Of a DNA stretch of 32,000 nucleotides, positions 15,549 through 25,340 are shown piece by piece. Under the pieces are notes generated by a model. That model searched no databases, was not told the origin of the DNA, and was given only the letters and a program-made list of their open reading frames with translations. The position numbers were made by a program, and so were the translations under genes. This DNA is from Patescibacteria group bacterium. GTDB lineage: Bacteria; Patescibacteriota; Patescibacteriia; 2-01-FULL-39-33. The DNA lies in the NCBI GenBank assembly GCA_041649575.1, contig JBAZMW010000004.1, positions 60,001 through 92,000 on the forward strand, written 5' to 3'. Numbering within the stretch: position 1 is the first letter of the stretch; each line of letters starts with the position of its first letter.

Positions 15549-18443
15549 TTATTTTATTTCTAAATTCAACTTAGCGGTAGGTGTTTTTTTGTTATTTAGA
15601 TCAAATATATAGCCGTAAATTTCATAATGGCCGGGACTGATTGTCTTATTCCAAATAATGGAAATGTCGGCTTTTTGGGGTTCACTGTAGCCCAAATATC
15701 CCTCTGAGCCATCCCCTACTTTTTGATAGTAGAAATCAATTTTTTTTACCTTTTGCCAATTGGTGAGCTGGGCACGCAGGGTAATTGGCAGTTTAATAGT
15801 GAAATTATCCTCTGGATAGGACCAAGTAAAGACGGGCAGGGTTTGTGGTAAAAGAAGATTTAATTCCACAGATTTTTTGGTGGTATTTTCCAAATCATCC
15901 TTGGCCAAAACCGATAGAGTATGATAGCCATTAGTTAAGGCTGATAAATTAAGGGAAGCGTCGCTGGAATCATTTTTGGTCTCAATTAGCTTGTTATCCA
16001 AATAATATTCTATTTTTTTTATACCCCGTCTGGCTGATGCCGCTATTTCCACAGTTAGGCTGGCTTCTTTTATGGTTTGGTTGGGTAGTGGAGTAATAAT
16101 AGTTAGGTTGGGCTGGTCGGCTTCCAGGTGAATATTATCATAATCCGTCGGCAAGTTTTGATTATTTTGGCTAGTGTCATAACCTTTCTCTTTTGCCCAT
16201 CTTTGGACGGCCTGCTCCCAGTTATTAAATTGGGGATCGGCAGAGGGATTTTGGGGCGGCTCACCGTGAGGATCGTCTTTGTTTATATAATTTAAAATGT
16301 CGTGAATCTCTTTGATTTTGATTTCTTTAATGGTTGATTCCGGTGTGTATTGCGTGGCCAGTTTATTGGACATGGTATCGATTTTTACAATGGTCTCCGG
16401 GCTGGTTTGGCCGTCTAAAATCGGCTTGCCGGTGGTTATTTTTTCTGGGGCAGTAAAATTTTCTGGGGCAGTATCTTTTAGCGCTTCAAGCATAAATTGA
16501 TTCCAAATGGGAGCGGCAACAATACTGCCGTCGGCGCCGCGTTTCATTTCCTTATTGTTATTGTTGCCCACCCAAACGCCGGCTACCAGGCTGGGCGTAT
16601 AGCCAATAGTCCAAGCGTCATGATAATCATTGGTGGTACCGGTTTTAGCGGCGACAGGACGGTTTGGTAGGGTCAGTTTACTGCCTCGTCCAAAAATAAA
16701 CGACCTGGCTTCATCGTCAGAAATAATACTGGTGGTTAAGCGGGCAATTTCCGGTTCTAAGATTTTTTTTGTTTTATCTTTGTACTCATAAAGCACCCGG
16801 CCTTGTTTATCTTCGATTTTAAGGATGGGGTTAAGCTCATGTTTTATGCCTTCTTGGGCCAAAACCGCATAAGCTCCCACGTGTTCCAAGAGTTTTATTT
16901 CCCCGCCACCCAAACAAATTGACAGACCAAAGCGGTCGCGATCCTTGAGGGTGGTATATCCCAGTGAGTCGGCCAGATCCAAAATATTATTAATGCCGGT
17001 GAGGTAGGTGGTTTTAACGGCCGGGATATTAAGCGAGCCGGCCAGCGCCACTTTCATGGTTATGGGGCCGTGTTCTTTTAGGTCATAATTTTTAGGCTCA
17101 TATGGCTGGGAACCAGTGGTGTCGAAATTGGTATTAACATCATACAATACCGTGTCAGGGGTGTAGCCCTTAAGAAAGGCGGCGCTATAAACGATCGGTT
17201 TAAAAGAAGAGCCGGGTTGCCTAGGTCTTAGGGAGACATTGACCTGGCCGTCAATTTCGTCATTAAAATAATCAACGGAACCAACCATAGCCAGAATTTG
17301 TCCGGTTTTCGGATCGAGAGCGGTTAAAGAGGCGTTGGTAAAATTATATTTTTTACCATTAGTTTCCACTCCCGCTTTCACTGCCTCTTCCGCTATTTTT
17401 TGCTTGTCTAAATCTAAGGTGGTAAAAACTTTTAAACCTTCTTGAGTAATAAAATCTTCGCCATATTTTTCTGAAAGCAATTCCTTGATATACATGACAA
17501 AGTGCGGGGCGATAATTGACTCCCGAAGCGGTTTAAAAATAATTTTTTCCTGTTTGGCGGTTTTGGCCTGGTCTTGGCTAATGTAGCCCAACTCCGCCAT
17601 GGAATCTAAAATATAACGCTGGCGAGCGATTAGCTTGTCTTTGTTGTTGCCATGGGGAGAATAATAGGTTGGGGCTTGAGGAATAGCAGCCAGAATGGCA
17701 CTTTCGGCCAGCGTCAGTTCTTTGGCTGGTTTGCCAAAGAATGACTGAGAAGCAGCTTCAATGCCATAAATTATCGAGCCATAAGGTATTTCATTAAAAT
17801 ACATTTGTAAAATCTCGTCTTTACTGAACTTTTTCTCCAGTTGATAAGAAATTAAAAACTCTTTGATTTTACGAGTGTAAGTCTTCTCTCCAGTCAAAAC
17901 CGCATTTTTTACAAACTGTTGGGTGAGGGTTGAACCACCAACCTTACTGCCGGTAAGAACATTTTTTATTAATGAACGGGCGATACCTGTCAGACTAAAA
18001 CCTTTATGCTTGTAAAAATCCCTATCTTCGGCGGCTAGAGTCGCTTGCTGGGCGAATTTGGGGATATCGTCTAATTTGATTAAAGTTCTCTTGATGTCGC
18101 CGTGTACATCATATAAAACAGTTTGCCCGGTGCGATCGTAAATTTTAGTGCTGACCGTCAGGTTGCGGTTGATTACTTTGTTGGGGCTGGGCAGGTCCTT
18201 GGAAATCCAGGCCAGAACTCCAATCGAAGAAAGCCCAACCAGAAGAATTATAAAAATTATTAGAGGTACTAGGGTACCAATCAGCTTCTTTAATCCTTTT
18301 TTGGGCGGCCGATAACTACTTTTGGCAAAGGTTAGATCGGCTTGATGGTGGGTCTTGTCTTTCTGGCGCCGTGATTTTTTCAGATAAACCGGATTACGCC
18401 AGTCTGGCGTGGGTTTGCGAGGAGAGAGTTGAGGTATGGTCAT
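15549..18443 (-). CDS. class A penicillin-binding protein (GT51 transglycosylase + transpeptidase) with a ~250-aa C-terminal beta-rich extension
   Basis: 964 aa. Basic cytoplasmic tail plus one TM segment. GT51 motifs (AAEDRDFYKHKGF, GGSTLTQQFVKN, RKIKEF). Transpeptidase motifs SSFKP and KTGTT. The C-terminal ~250 aa look like two Ig-like modules (IKKIEYYLDNKLI..., VKKIDFYYQKVGDG...). Confidence 0.9.
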   Translation of the reverse strand: MTIPQLSPRKPTPDWRNPVYLKKSRRQKDKTHHQADLTFAKSSYRPPKKGLKKLIGTLVPLIIFIILLVGLSSIGVLAWISKDLPSPNKVINRNLTVSTKIYDRTGQTVLYDVHGDIKRTLIKLDDIPKFAQQATLAAEDRDFYKHKGFSLTGIARSLIKNVLTGSKVGGSTLTQQFVKNAVLTGEKTYTRKIKEFLISYQLEKKFSKDEILQMYFNEIPYGSIIYGIEAASQSFFGKPAKELTLAESAILAAIPQAPTYYSPHGNNKDKLIARQRYILDSMAELGYISQDQAKTAKQEKIIFKPLRESIIAPHFVMYIKELLSEKYGEDFITQEGLKVFTTLDLDKQKIAEEAVKAGVETNGKKYNFTNASLTALDPKTGQILAMVGSVDYFNDEIDGQVNVSLRPRQPGSSFKPIVYSAAFLKGYTPDTVLYDVNTNFDTTGSQPYEPKNYDLKEHGPITMKVALAGSLNIPAVKTTYLTGINNILDLADSLGYTTLKDRDRFGLSICLGGGEIKLLEHVGAYAVLAQEGIKHELNPILKIEDKQGRVLYEYKDKTKKILEPEIARLTTSIISDDEARSFIFGRGSKLTLPNRPVAAKTGTTNDYHDAWTIGYTPSLVAGVWVGNNNNKEMKRGADGSIVAAPIWNQFMLEALKDTAPENFTAPEKITTGKPILDGQTSPETIVKIDTMSNKLATQYTPESTIKEIKIKEIHDILNYINKDDPHGEPPQNPSADPQFNNWEQAVQRWAKEKGYDTSQNNQNLPTDYDNIHLEADQPNLTIITPLPNQTIKEASLTVEIAASARRGIKKIEYYLDNKLIETKNDSSDASLNLSALTNGYHTLSVLAKDDLENTTKKSVELNLLLPQTLPVFTWSYPEDNFTIKLPITLRAQLTNWQKVKKIDFYYQKVGDGSEGYLGYSEPQKADISIIWNKTISPGHYEIYGYIFDLNNKKTPTAKLNLEIK

Positions 18444-18499
18444 AAGAAAATTTTATTGAGACTATCGCAAGTATTTGTACTTTAAGACAAGGATTGGTT

Positions 18500-19432
18500 T
18501 TAGCGGCGGTAAAATCTGGCTGCCTCTTCGGGAGAGATAGGATTGACGATTAGTCCGGAGCCGATCTCCACTCCTGCCCAAACGGAGCCACGTGGCGTTA
18601 CTTTGAGATAGAGATGTTGATCGTTGTCGTTTATAACTTGATGGAAGTAATAATTATAAGGCAGATTAAGCTGGTTGATTTTATTTAGAACTTTCTTAAG
18701 CATCTTTGCCAGGCTAAAAAATTCAGCTTTTGTAAGCAAGGAGATGTTGTCTACGTGACGTTTGGGCATCAGCCAAATTTCATAGTTGTGCATCGGCGCC
18801 CAAGGGCAAAAAACAAGGAAATTTTTGTCTTCGAAGACGGCGCGCGGACCACGTTTTTCTTTTTTAAGGACATCACAATAAACACATGAGCCATTTTGCA
18901 GCTTATAGTCACGGGTTCGTTGGGATTTGTCCTTTAGGTGCGGCGGCAAGAACTGAGTGGCAAAGATTTGGGAATGGGCGTGCCGCAAGGAAGCGCCGGC
19001 GGCACCCCCGTGGTTTTTAAAAATCAAAATGTATTCGATTTTTTTGTACCGGCTGATGATTTTGGTGCGCTCGGCGTAGATTTCTAATATTTTAACCAGG
19101 TGACTATCAGAGAGATTTTCAACTTCTTGCAAATGATCCGGCGTCTCTATCACAACTTCCTGCCGACCATAGGCGCGGGGATTATCTTTACTAACTGCAG
19201 GAAATTTGTTACGGATGACTTTTATTAACCAGCCTCGGCTTTTTCCGGGCAAAAAGACGGTAGTGATCAACCGGCCCGCTTGGCCGATTTTTGGGGGACA
19301 AAAAATGCAGTTTTTTTCGCCAGTTGAGATTGAAGCTTGAGGCAATTCTAAATCATGAGGCCGTCGGCCGCGTTTGGGCGCGATAATGACGTATTTATTT
19401 TGGATGTAATCTTGGCGAATTTCTGATTTCAT
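18500..19432 (-). CDS. galT: galactose-1-phosphate uridylyltransferase-like HIT-family nucleotidyltransferase
   Basis: 310 aa. Motifs CIFCPP, NKFPA, VVIETPDH, FKNHGGAAGASLRHAHSQIFA (the HxHxQ active site), and a second half-domain. Confidence 0.7.
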   Translation of the reverse strand: MKSEIRQDYIQNKYVIIAPKRGRRPHDLELPQASISTGEKNCIFCPPKIGQAGRLITTVFLPGKSRGWLIKVIRNKFPAVSKDNPRAYGRQEVVIETPDHLQEVENLSDSHLVKILEIYAERTKIISRYKKIEYILIFKNHGGAAGASLRHAHSQIFATQFLPPHLKDKSQRTRDYKLQNGSCVYCDVLKKEKRGPRAVFEDKNFLVFCPWAPMHNYEIWLMPKRHVDNISLLTKAEFFSLAKMLKKVLNKINQLNLPYNYYFHQVINDNDQHLYLKVTPRGSVWAGVEIGSGLIVNPISPEEAARFYRR

Positions 19433-19477
19433 CTTTTTATTTACTTAATATATCATTTTTTTCTAAGCTTTTCAATT

Positions 19478-19511
19478 AAAAAACGTCGATTGATTAAAAT
19501 CGACATTTTTT
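19478..19511. terminator. bidirectional terminator separating the yebC-ruvC unit from galT
   Basis: A6-c-GTCGATT-gattaa-AATCGAC-a-T6. Confidence 0.6.
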
Positions 19512-19524
19512 AATTTTAATCTTA

Positions 19525-19656
19525 TTATTCTACTTCTTCTTCTGACTCTTCGGCATCTGGCTCCGTTTCGTCCCCTTCCTCGCCTTCTCCGTCAGTAAGG
19601 GGATCTAGCTCTGCATCGTCGTCAACCAAAGAGAGATTTTGGATTTCATCCAACAT
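19525..19656 (-). CDS. candidate 43-aa highly acidic microprotein downstream of ruvC
   Basis: Hand translation: MLDEIQNLSLVDDDAELDPLTDGEGEEGDETEPDAEESEEEVE, with a TAA stop. It lies between ruvC and the terminator at 19478-19511. No Shine-Dalgarno was seen and it is below the ORF-track cutoff. Confidence 0.3.
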   Translation of the reverse strand: MLDEIQNLSLVDDDAELDPLTDGEGEEGDETEPDAEESEEEVE

Positions 19657-19719
19657 ACTTAGTTGTTTATTAATTAAATAACTAACAGTTTCTTTATTAT
19701 AACTTTTTTATAAAAATTG

Positions 19720-20244
19720 TCAAGAGCCAAGTTGGCTGGTAAAATTTTGGTGATTTAGGCCACAAATAGCTATAGCTAGAGCGTCGGCCGCGTCATCCGG
19801 TCGGGGCACCTCCTTTAATCCAAGAATGGCTTTAACCATTAGCTGGATTTGTCTTTTGTCGGCTTGCCCGTAGCCAGTAATTCCTTGTTTGACTTGCAAA
19901 GGGGTAAACTCTTTGATTAAGAGATGGTTTTTTTCGCCAACCAAGAGGATCACTCCGCGGGCTTGCCCGACCATAAGGGCGGTTTTGACATTTTTGCAGA
20001 AGAAGAGCTGCTCGACGGCCAACAGTGTTGGCCGGTAAACTTTTATCAACTTGGTTAGTTCTCGTTCCAGACTTTCTAGGCGTTTGGCCAACTCTAAACC
20101 CTTTTTGGTTTTGATGGAGCCATAAGCCAGAAGAGTTAGCTGATTTTGTCTCTGGCTGATAAGACCATAACCAGTATCGGCTATTCCCGGATCGATGCCC
20201 AGAACAATGGAATTGGTTTTACCAGCTGGCATTGGTGTAGACAT
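19720..20244 (-). CDS. ruvC: crossover junction endodeoxyribonuclease RuvC
   Basis: 174 aa. Motifs VLGIDPGIADTGYG, VEQLFF and DAADALAIAIC. The true start may be the internal Met (MPAGK...). Confidence 0.9.
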   Translation of the reverse strand: MSTPMPAGKTNSIVLGIDPGIADTGYGLISQRQNQLTLLAYGSIKTKKGLELAKRLESLERELTKLIKVYRPTLLAVEQLFFCKNVKTALMVGQARGVILLVGEKNHLLIKEFTPLQVKQGITGYGQADKRQIQLMVKAILGLKEVPRPDDAADALAIAICGLNHQNFTSQLGS

Positions 20245-20953
20245 TGCTTATTTCATCATAATCACTTAAAGCGTCATATAATTGGGAAATTTTGTTTTGC
20301 ATTTCTGAATCAGAGACAATCAGTTTGTCTTTGGGGGCATAGACCAAGCCGGATTCAGCCGGGTTTATTCCTAATTTTTTTAGGGCCTCGTTAATTTTTA
20401 ACAGCTCTTGGCTGGCGGTATAAATTTCCCAGTCAGCATCATTTTTTGTGATATCCAGAGCGCCCAGATCGATAAATTGGAGCTCAAGCTCATCGGGTTT
20501 TTTGTTGGACAATTGGTCAAGGCCCACGACAAGCAGGCCGCATCTTTCAAACATCCATAAAACACTATTGGGAGCACCCAGTTGGCCACCATTTTTATTC
20601 AGAATGTTCTTGAGCTGCGCCACGGTTCGGTTTTTGTTATCGGTAATGGCCTCGACAATAAAAGCGCTGCCGCCGGGACCAAATATTTCATAGGTCACTT
20701 CCTCCAGGGCGCTGTCGCCGCTGGTCAAGCCAGCGCCTCTACTAATTGCTCGTTCGATGTTGTCTTTTGGCATGTTGGCTTCACGAGCCTTATCAATCGC
20801 CAGGCGCAGTTTAAAGTTGCTATTAGTATCAGAACCGCCTTCTTTAGTGGCGATGGTTATGAGGTTGGCTAACTTGGTAAAAATAGCACCTCGTTTGGCG
20901 TCTTGGGCCGATTTTTGGCGGTGGGTGGTGGCCCACTTACTGTGTCCGGACAT
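20219..20953 (-). CDS. yebC: YebC/PmpR-family DNA-binding regulator
   Basis: 244 aa. MSGHSKWATTHRQKSAQDAKRGAIFTKL is the family N-terminal signature. Confidence 0.9.
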   Translation of the reverse strand: MSGHSKWATTHRQKSAQDAKRGAIFTKLANLITIATKEGGSDTNSNFKLRLAIDKAREANMPKDNIERAISRGAGLTSGDSALEEVTYEIFGPGGSAFIVEAITDNKNRTVAQLKNILNKNGGQLGAPNSVLWMFERCGLLVVGLDQLSNKKPDELELQFIDLGALDITKNDADWEIYTASQELLKINEALKKLGINPAESGLVYAPKDKLIVSDSEMQNKISQLYDALSDYDEISNVYTNASW

Positions 20954-21027
20954 AAAGGTTAAAAAATTTGATGAAGATTATTGATTAATATACCCCATTG
21001 AAGCCAAAAAAGCAACCAAAAATAATT

Positions 21028-21056
21028 TTGTCATTAGGGGTGATTTCTGTTAAAAT
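21028..21056 (+). promoter_or_regulatory. candidate promoter TTGTCA-17 bp-TAAAAT
   Basis: TTGTCA at 21028-21033 and TAAAAT at 21051-21056, 30 nt before the 21087 ATG. Confidence 0.45.
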
Positions 21057-21086
21057 GTAATCAATTAATAGCTAAACTAAAAAGCA

Positions 21087-22160
21087 ATGAAAAATTTTTT
21101 AGACGATATTGACGAATTAAAAAAGTATAACCAATTGAAAGAAACAGAATCGGTAGCTTTTTTGCCGGAGCAGCTGCTAGATTCGTGGCAATCGGCTAAA
21201 GTGACCGCCCTTAAGATTACTCCCCAGAAGTTTAACAATCTGGCCGTTTGCGGTATGGGCGGATCAAATTTGGCCTCGGAAATAATCAGAGGCGTTTATA
21301 GCGAACAGCTGGAACAGCCATTAATTTTAATCAGAAACTATGGTTTGCCAAAATGTATTAAGATTGGCAGTTTGGTGATTATTTCCAGTTATTCCGGTAA
21401 TACCGAAGAAACTATCAGTTGTTTTTTGGAGGCCAAAAAGAGAAAAGCCAAAATAGTTTGTATTTCCAGCGGCGGCCGGTTGGAAGCCTTGGCCAAGAAG
21501 ACTAAAACGCCATTTTTCAAGTTAAACAGCAGATACAATCCATCGAAACAGCCGCGCTATGGCCTGGGCTTGCAGTTAATGGCAGTTTTAGTAATTTTTT
21601 GCAAATTAAAATTGATTAAAATCGGTGACCGGGAGGTGATTGGCCTGGCCAGGCACCTTAAAGGATTGGATCGGTCTTTGGGTTGGGCGGCAAAAACCGA
21701 TATTAATCCAGCCAAGCAGGCGGCGATCTTTTTGAAAGGCAGTGTGCCTTTGGTGGTAGGCTCTGGTTTTTTGGCAGCCAACGCTCATATTCTGGCCAAT
21801 CAACTTAACGAGAGCGCCAAGGTTTTGGCCTATCCTTACCTGTTGCCAGAATTAAACCACCATTTATTAGATGGTCTGATGTTGCCACCAGCCAGCGCCA
21901 GACAAATAAAATTTTTATTTTTTAATTCCAATCAGCTCCACCCCCGGATCCAAAAGAGATATAAGATTACGCAAAAAATATTAAAAAAGCAAAAAATAGA
22001 GTTTATGGAATATCTGCTTGCCAGTGACGAAAAGCTGGCTTCGAGCCTGGAAATTCTATTTTTTGGGTCTTACCTAAGCTTTTATCTGGCGGTTTTAAAT
22101 CAGCAAGAGCCGGCCGCGGTGCCCTGGGTCGACTATCTTAAGGCGGAATTAAAAAAATAA
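21087..22160 (+). CDS. SIS-domain bifunctional phosphoglucose/phosphomannose isomerase-type protein
   Basis: 357 aa. CGMGGSNLASEIIRG and SYSGNTEETI are typical of the PGI/PMI family. Confidence 0.7.
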   Translation: MKNFLDDIDELKKYNQLKETESVAFLPEQLLDSWQSAKVTALKITPQKFNNLAVCGMGGSNLASEIIRGVYSEQLEQPLILIRNYGLPKCIKIGSLVIISSYSGNTEETISCFLEAKKRKAKIVCISSGGRLEALAKKTKTPFFKLNSRYNPSKQPRYGLGLQLMAVLVIFCKLKLIKIGDREVIGLARHLKGLDRSLGWAAKTDINPAKQAAIFLKGSVPLVVGSGFLAANAHILANQLNESAKVLAYPYLLPELNHHLLDGLMLPPASARQIKFLFFNSNQLHPRIQKRYKITQKILKKQKIEFMEYLLASDEKLASSLEILFFGSYLSFYLAVLNQQEPAAVPWVDYLKAELKK

Positions 22161-22181
22161 TTAAGCCGGAAATTATTTTTG

Positions 22182-22211
22182 GCGGGGTTTGCAAACCCCG
22201 CTAATTTTGTT
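22182..22211 (+). terminator. rho-independent terminator
   Basis: GCGGGGTTTGCAAACCCCGC palindrome (22182-22201) followed by TAATTTTGTT. Confidence 0.7.
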
Positions 22212-22235
22212 ATAGTTGGTTTATAAAAATTATTT

Positions 22236-23879
22236 ATGTTTTTAGGTATTTTCATTAGAGTCAACAGGTGGTTAGAGCAAAATAATTTACTGGCATATTT
22301 AATAATATTTTTGATTTGTCTGGTCGTTTTTTCTTGGTTGCAGTATGCCCCAGTCTTTCCCGATCCAGACTCTTTTTATCATGTTAAACTAAGCCAACTA
22401 ATGGGGCAGGGTGGGATCATAAAAAGTTTTCCTTATCAGCAATTCACGATTTTAAAAGATGGTTATATTGATCATCATTTTTTGTATCATCTGTTTTTGG
22501 TGCCCTTTGTCACCTATTTGCCCTCACCGCTCGGTGGCAAGTTGCTTCAGGTGATTTTGGATTCTTTGTTGGTTTTGACTTTTTTTTGGTTGTTAAAAAA
22601 GTTTAAGATCAGGGGAGCTTTTTGGTATGTTTGGTTGTTGTTTCTGGGAACGACTTTTATTTTTCGTATCAGTCTAGTCAAAGCCCAGCCCTTGTCTATC
22701 ATCATTCTCTTTTTAGGCGTCTATCTGATTCTGAGTCGTCGTTATTTTAAGCTTATGGCTCTGGCTTTTGTTTACGTTTGGGCCTACGGCGGCTGGTTTT
22801 TGCTATTAATTCTAACTTTGATTTATATTTTCACTGTGGCTCTAAATCAGGCCGTAAAAGAAACAGACGTCGGTCGAGTTAGAAAAATTTTGATAAAAAC
22901 CGGCTGGCTAAAAAGAAGGTGGCTGCTTAATTTTGTTAAGGGCTTGATAAACGGTTTGTTTAAGGCCGACAATTTTAAGCTGCTGGCCAGCGTGGCTGGC
23001 GGTTTATTGCTGGGAGTTGTCATTAATCCTTATTTCCCGCAAAATCTGAATTTTTATTGGGTGCAAATAGTTCAAATTGGTTTGGCTAATTACCAGCATC
23101 TTATTGGTGTCGGCGCGGAGTGGTATCCTTATAGTTTCCCGGATTTTTTAAAGAATTTAGCCGTACCGCTCGTCTTGGCGCTGCTGGCTTTAGTCTTGTA
23201 TCTCGATTATTATAAAAAATACAGCGTGGCAGTAAAATATTTGAGTTTTATTTTCTTATTTTTTTTGATAGCCACCATTAAATCCAGAAGGAACATCGAG
23301 TATCTGGTGCCTTTTTGCTTGTTGTTCGTCGCTATGGTTTTTAGCGCCGCCAGCCAACTGAAAGAAGTAAAAGGAGCTTTGGCGGTTTTTAGAGAGAGAA
23401 TTTGGCAGACCCTTTTTATTAAACAATCGGTCAATCTCTTGCTAATAGCGGCGTTAGTGCTGCTGTTCGCCAATTCGCTTTTGGGGGTCAAAAGCAGCTT
23501 AAGTCGCGGCTGGAATTTTAATTATTTGCAGGCGCCGTCCGAGTACCTAAAAAACAATTCTCAAACAGGCGACATCGTTTTTACCAGTGATTGGGACGAA
23601 TTTACGGTGCTTTTTTATCATAACGATAAGAATTATTATCTAAATGGGCTGGACCCGACCTTCATGTATTTGTATAATAAAGACCTCTATCGCCAGTGGC
23701 GCGACATTACCGAGGGCAAGAGATCGGGGGAAATTTACGAGATTATAAAAAATAATTTTCGGGCCAAATACGTTTTGGTTTCCCAGGGCCATACGGCCAT
23801 GGAGAATAACTTGGATAATAATTTTCGTTTTAAAAGAGTTTATCAGGATAAAGAAGCCACTCTTTATCAGGTTTTATGA
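22236..23879 (+). CDS. polytopic membrane protein, probable GT-C-fold (ArnT/PMT-like) glycosyltransferase
   Basis: 547 aa with many predicted TM helices. An acidic first-loop motif (FPDPDSFYH) and a soluble C-terminal part. The stop overlaps the downstream GT2 start (ATGA). Function is inferred from architecture and context. Confidence 0.45.
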   Translation: MFLGIFIRVNRWLEQNNLLAYLIIFLICLVVFSWLQYAPVFPDPDSFYHVKLSQLMGQGGIIKSFPYQQFTILKDGYIDHHFLYHLFLVPFVTYLPSPLGGKLLQVILDSLLVLTFFWLLKKFKIRGAFWYVWLLFLGTTFIFRISLVKAQPLSIIILFLGVYLILSRRYFKLMALAFVYVWAYGGWFLLLILTLIYIFTVALNQAVKETDVGRVRKILIKTGWLKRRWLLNFVKGLINGLFKADNFKLLASVAGGLLLGVVINPYFPQNLNFYWVQIVQIGLANYQHLIGVGAEWYPYSFPDFLKNLAVPLVLALLALVLYLDYYKKYSVAVKYLSFIFLFFLIATIKSRRNIEYLVPFCLLFVAMVFSAASQLKEVKGALAVFRERIWQTLFIKQSVNLLLIAALVLLFANSLLGVKSSLSRGWNFNYLQAPSEYLKNNSQTGDIVFTSDWDEFTVLFYHNDKNYYLNGLDPTFMYLYNKDLYRQWRDITEGKRSGEIYEIIKNNFRAKYVLVSQGHTAMENNLDNNFRFKRVYQDKEATLYQVL

Positions 23880-24607
23880 AAATTTTAATTGTCTTTCCGG
23901 TTTATAACGAGCAGCTGATTGTGGAGAAGAGTGTCAGACAAACGCTGGATTTTTGTCGAGGAAATTTTTGCTCCGATCGGTTCAAAATCGTGGTGGCCGA
24001 CAACAATTCAACCGACAAGACGGCGGAAGTGGTTAAGGGGCTGGTCGGGGAAACAGCCGAACTGGAGTATTTTTTCATTCCGGAGAAAGGCAAGGGTCTG
24101 GCTTGGCGTAGCGTTTTTTTGCAAGAGACGGCCGACATTTATATTTTTATGGATGTTGATCTGGCGGTGGCTCTCGAGGATCTTAAATCTCTAGTGGCAG
24201 GAATAAAATCGGGCTATGCTTTGGTAATCGGTTCGAGATTTTTGGCAGCGGCCAAGGTGGAGCGATCTTTTTTGAGAAGCTTGGTTTCTTTCACTTATCG
24301 TTTTTTGGTGCGGCTGATGCTGAAAAGTAAAATTAGCGATTTTCCTTGCGGCTTCAAAGCCTTAAACCAAACAATCAAAGAAAAGGTTTTGCCTCTGACG
24401 CAGGACAAACTGTTTTTTTTGGACACGGAGCTGGTGGTGCTGGCCGAAAAAATGGGTTACCGGATCAAAGAGGTGCCGGTTAACTGGTCGCAGTTTCGCG
24501 ATCTGGCCAGGAAGAGCACAGTTAATATTATGGAAACCGCTGTCGAGTATTTTGTAAAAATCTGGCGGTTAAGAAAAAGGATAAACAATTTATCAGAACG
24601 TCGCTGA
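23876..24607 (+). CDS. family-2 glycosyltransferase (polyprenol-phosphate sugar synthase-like)
   Basis: 243 aa. Motifs ILIVFPVYNE, VVADNNSTDKT and the DxD-type MDVDLA. Confidence 0.8.
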   Translation: MKILIVFPVYNEQLIVEKSVRQTLDFCRGNFCSDRFKIVVADNNSTDKTAEVVKGLVGETAELEYFFIPEKGKGLAWRSVFLQETADIYIFMDVDLAVALEDLKSLVAGIKSGYALVIGSRFLAAAKVERSFLRSLVSFTYRFLVRLMLKSKISDFPCGFKALNQTIKEKVLPLTQDKLFFLDTELVVLAEKMGYRIKEVPVNWSQFRDLARKSTVNIMETAVEYFVKIWRLRKRINNLSERR

Positions 24608-24624
24608 AGTCAGCGGCGTTTTTT
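24599..24624 (+). terminator. rho-independent terminator overlapping the GT2 stop codon
   Basis: CGTCGCTG-aagt-CAGCGGCG followed by T6. Confidence 0.65.
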
Positions 24625-24629
24625 GGCTA

Positions 24630-24658
24630 TTGACATTTTGGGTTATTTTTGGAATAAT
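24630..24658 (+). promoter_or_regulatory. near-consensus promoter TTGACA-17 bp-AATAAT
   Basis: TTGACA at 24630-24635 and AATAAT at 24653-24658. Confidence 0.5.
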
Positions 24659-24723
24659 GGAGCGTTACCCTGGAGGTAATGAACATTGGTCAACAAATCC
24701 CCTTTTCGGGGTATGGGAGAGCG

Positions 24724-25311
24724 ATGATGAACAGGAACAGGCAAGCGGTATTTCTGGTGATTTTGGCGGTTGCGGCGGCTGGGTGTTCGACGACGGTCAG
24801 TCCCAACGGCTATCGTAGGGACTTTCTGACTTTCGGCGGCGAGCGGTATCAGAAGTACCAAGACCCGCGGCTGGAGGCGAATTCCGGAGTCGTGGCTTAC
24901 AGTGGCATTAACGGCCCAAGCGGTCCATACGCGGCCGCGTTGGCAGTCGGCAGTATCTCCGACCCGGCGGCGCGGCGTGATGCGGCCGAGACCATAAAGA
25001 GCGTGGCCGAGAATGAAGGAGCCTATGGCGGCGGACGAGCGGCCGGTGGCTACCGCGGCTATCACGGCGGGTTTAGACAGTTGGGCTATCTGCTCAACAA
25101 CAGCAACGAAACGCGTTTTGTCAGTGTTGACGGCAGCCGGCCGATCGAGGTGCTGCCTTGGCGCAAGTTGTTTCTGGAGCTGCTGCCCGGCGACCACCAG
25201 CTGGTGGTGACAAGCCGGAGCGGCGCTTTCATCAAGGAACGGTCTTTCGTCGTGAATGAGGAAAGGCGCGATGCGCCCGATCACCTCCACGATTGGATGC
25301 AGAACATTTAG
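24724..25311 (+). CDS. GC-rich putative lipoprotein with a PEGA-like C-terminal beta domain
   Basis: The track ORF starts at 24679. I prefer the ATG at 24724 because it gives the signal peptide MMNRNRQAVFLVILAVAAAG-C with a lipobox-like AAGC. The C-terminal FVSVDGSRPIEVLPWRKLFLELLPGDHQLVV resembles PEGA/Ig-like beta domains. G+C is 36/60 and 38/60 in hand-counted samples at 24841-24960. Confidence 0.5.
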   Translation: MMNRNRQAVFLVILAVAAAGCSTTVSPNGYRRDFLTFGGERYQKYQDPRLEANSGVVAYSGINGPSGPYAAALAVGSISDPAARRDAAETIKSVAENEGAYGGGRAAGGYRGYHGGFRQLGYLLNNSNETRFVSVDGSRPIEVLPWRKLFLELLPGDHQLVVTSRSGAFIKERSFVVNEERRDAPDHLHDWMQNI

Positions 25312-25340
25312 GGGGAGTGTAAACAGGCACAAGAACAAAA

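Noticed and set aside
24643-25338. 231-aa minus-strand ORF, longer than the plus-strand ORF it overlaps
   Set aside because: It is Arg/Pro-rich, typical of antisense translation of GC-rich coding DNA. It has no signal or domain features. The plus-strand ORF has a lipoprotein signal peptide plus a matching promoter and terminator.
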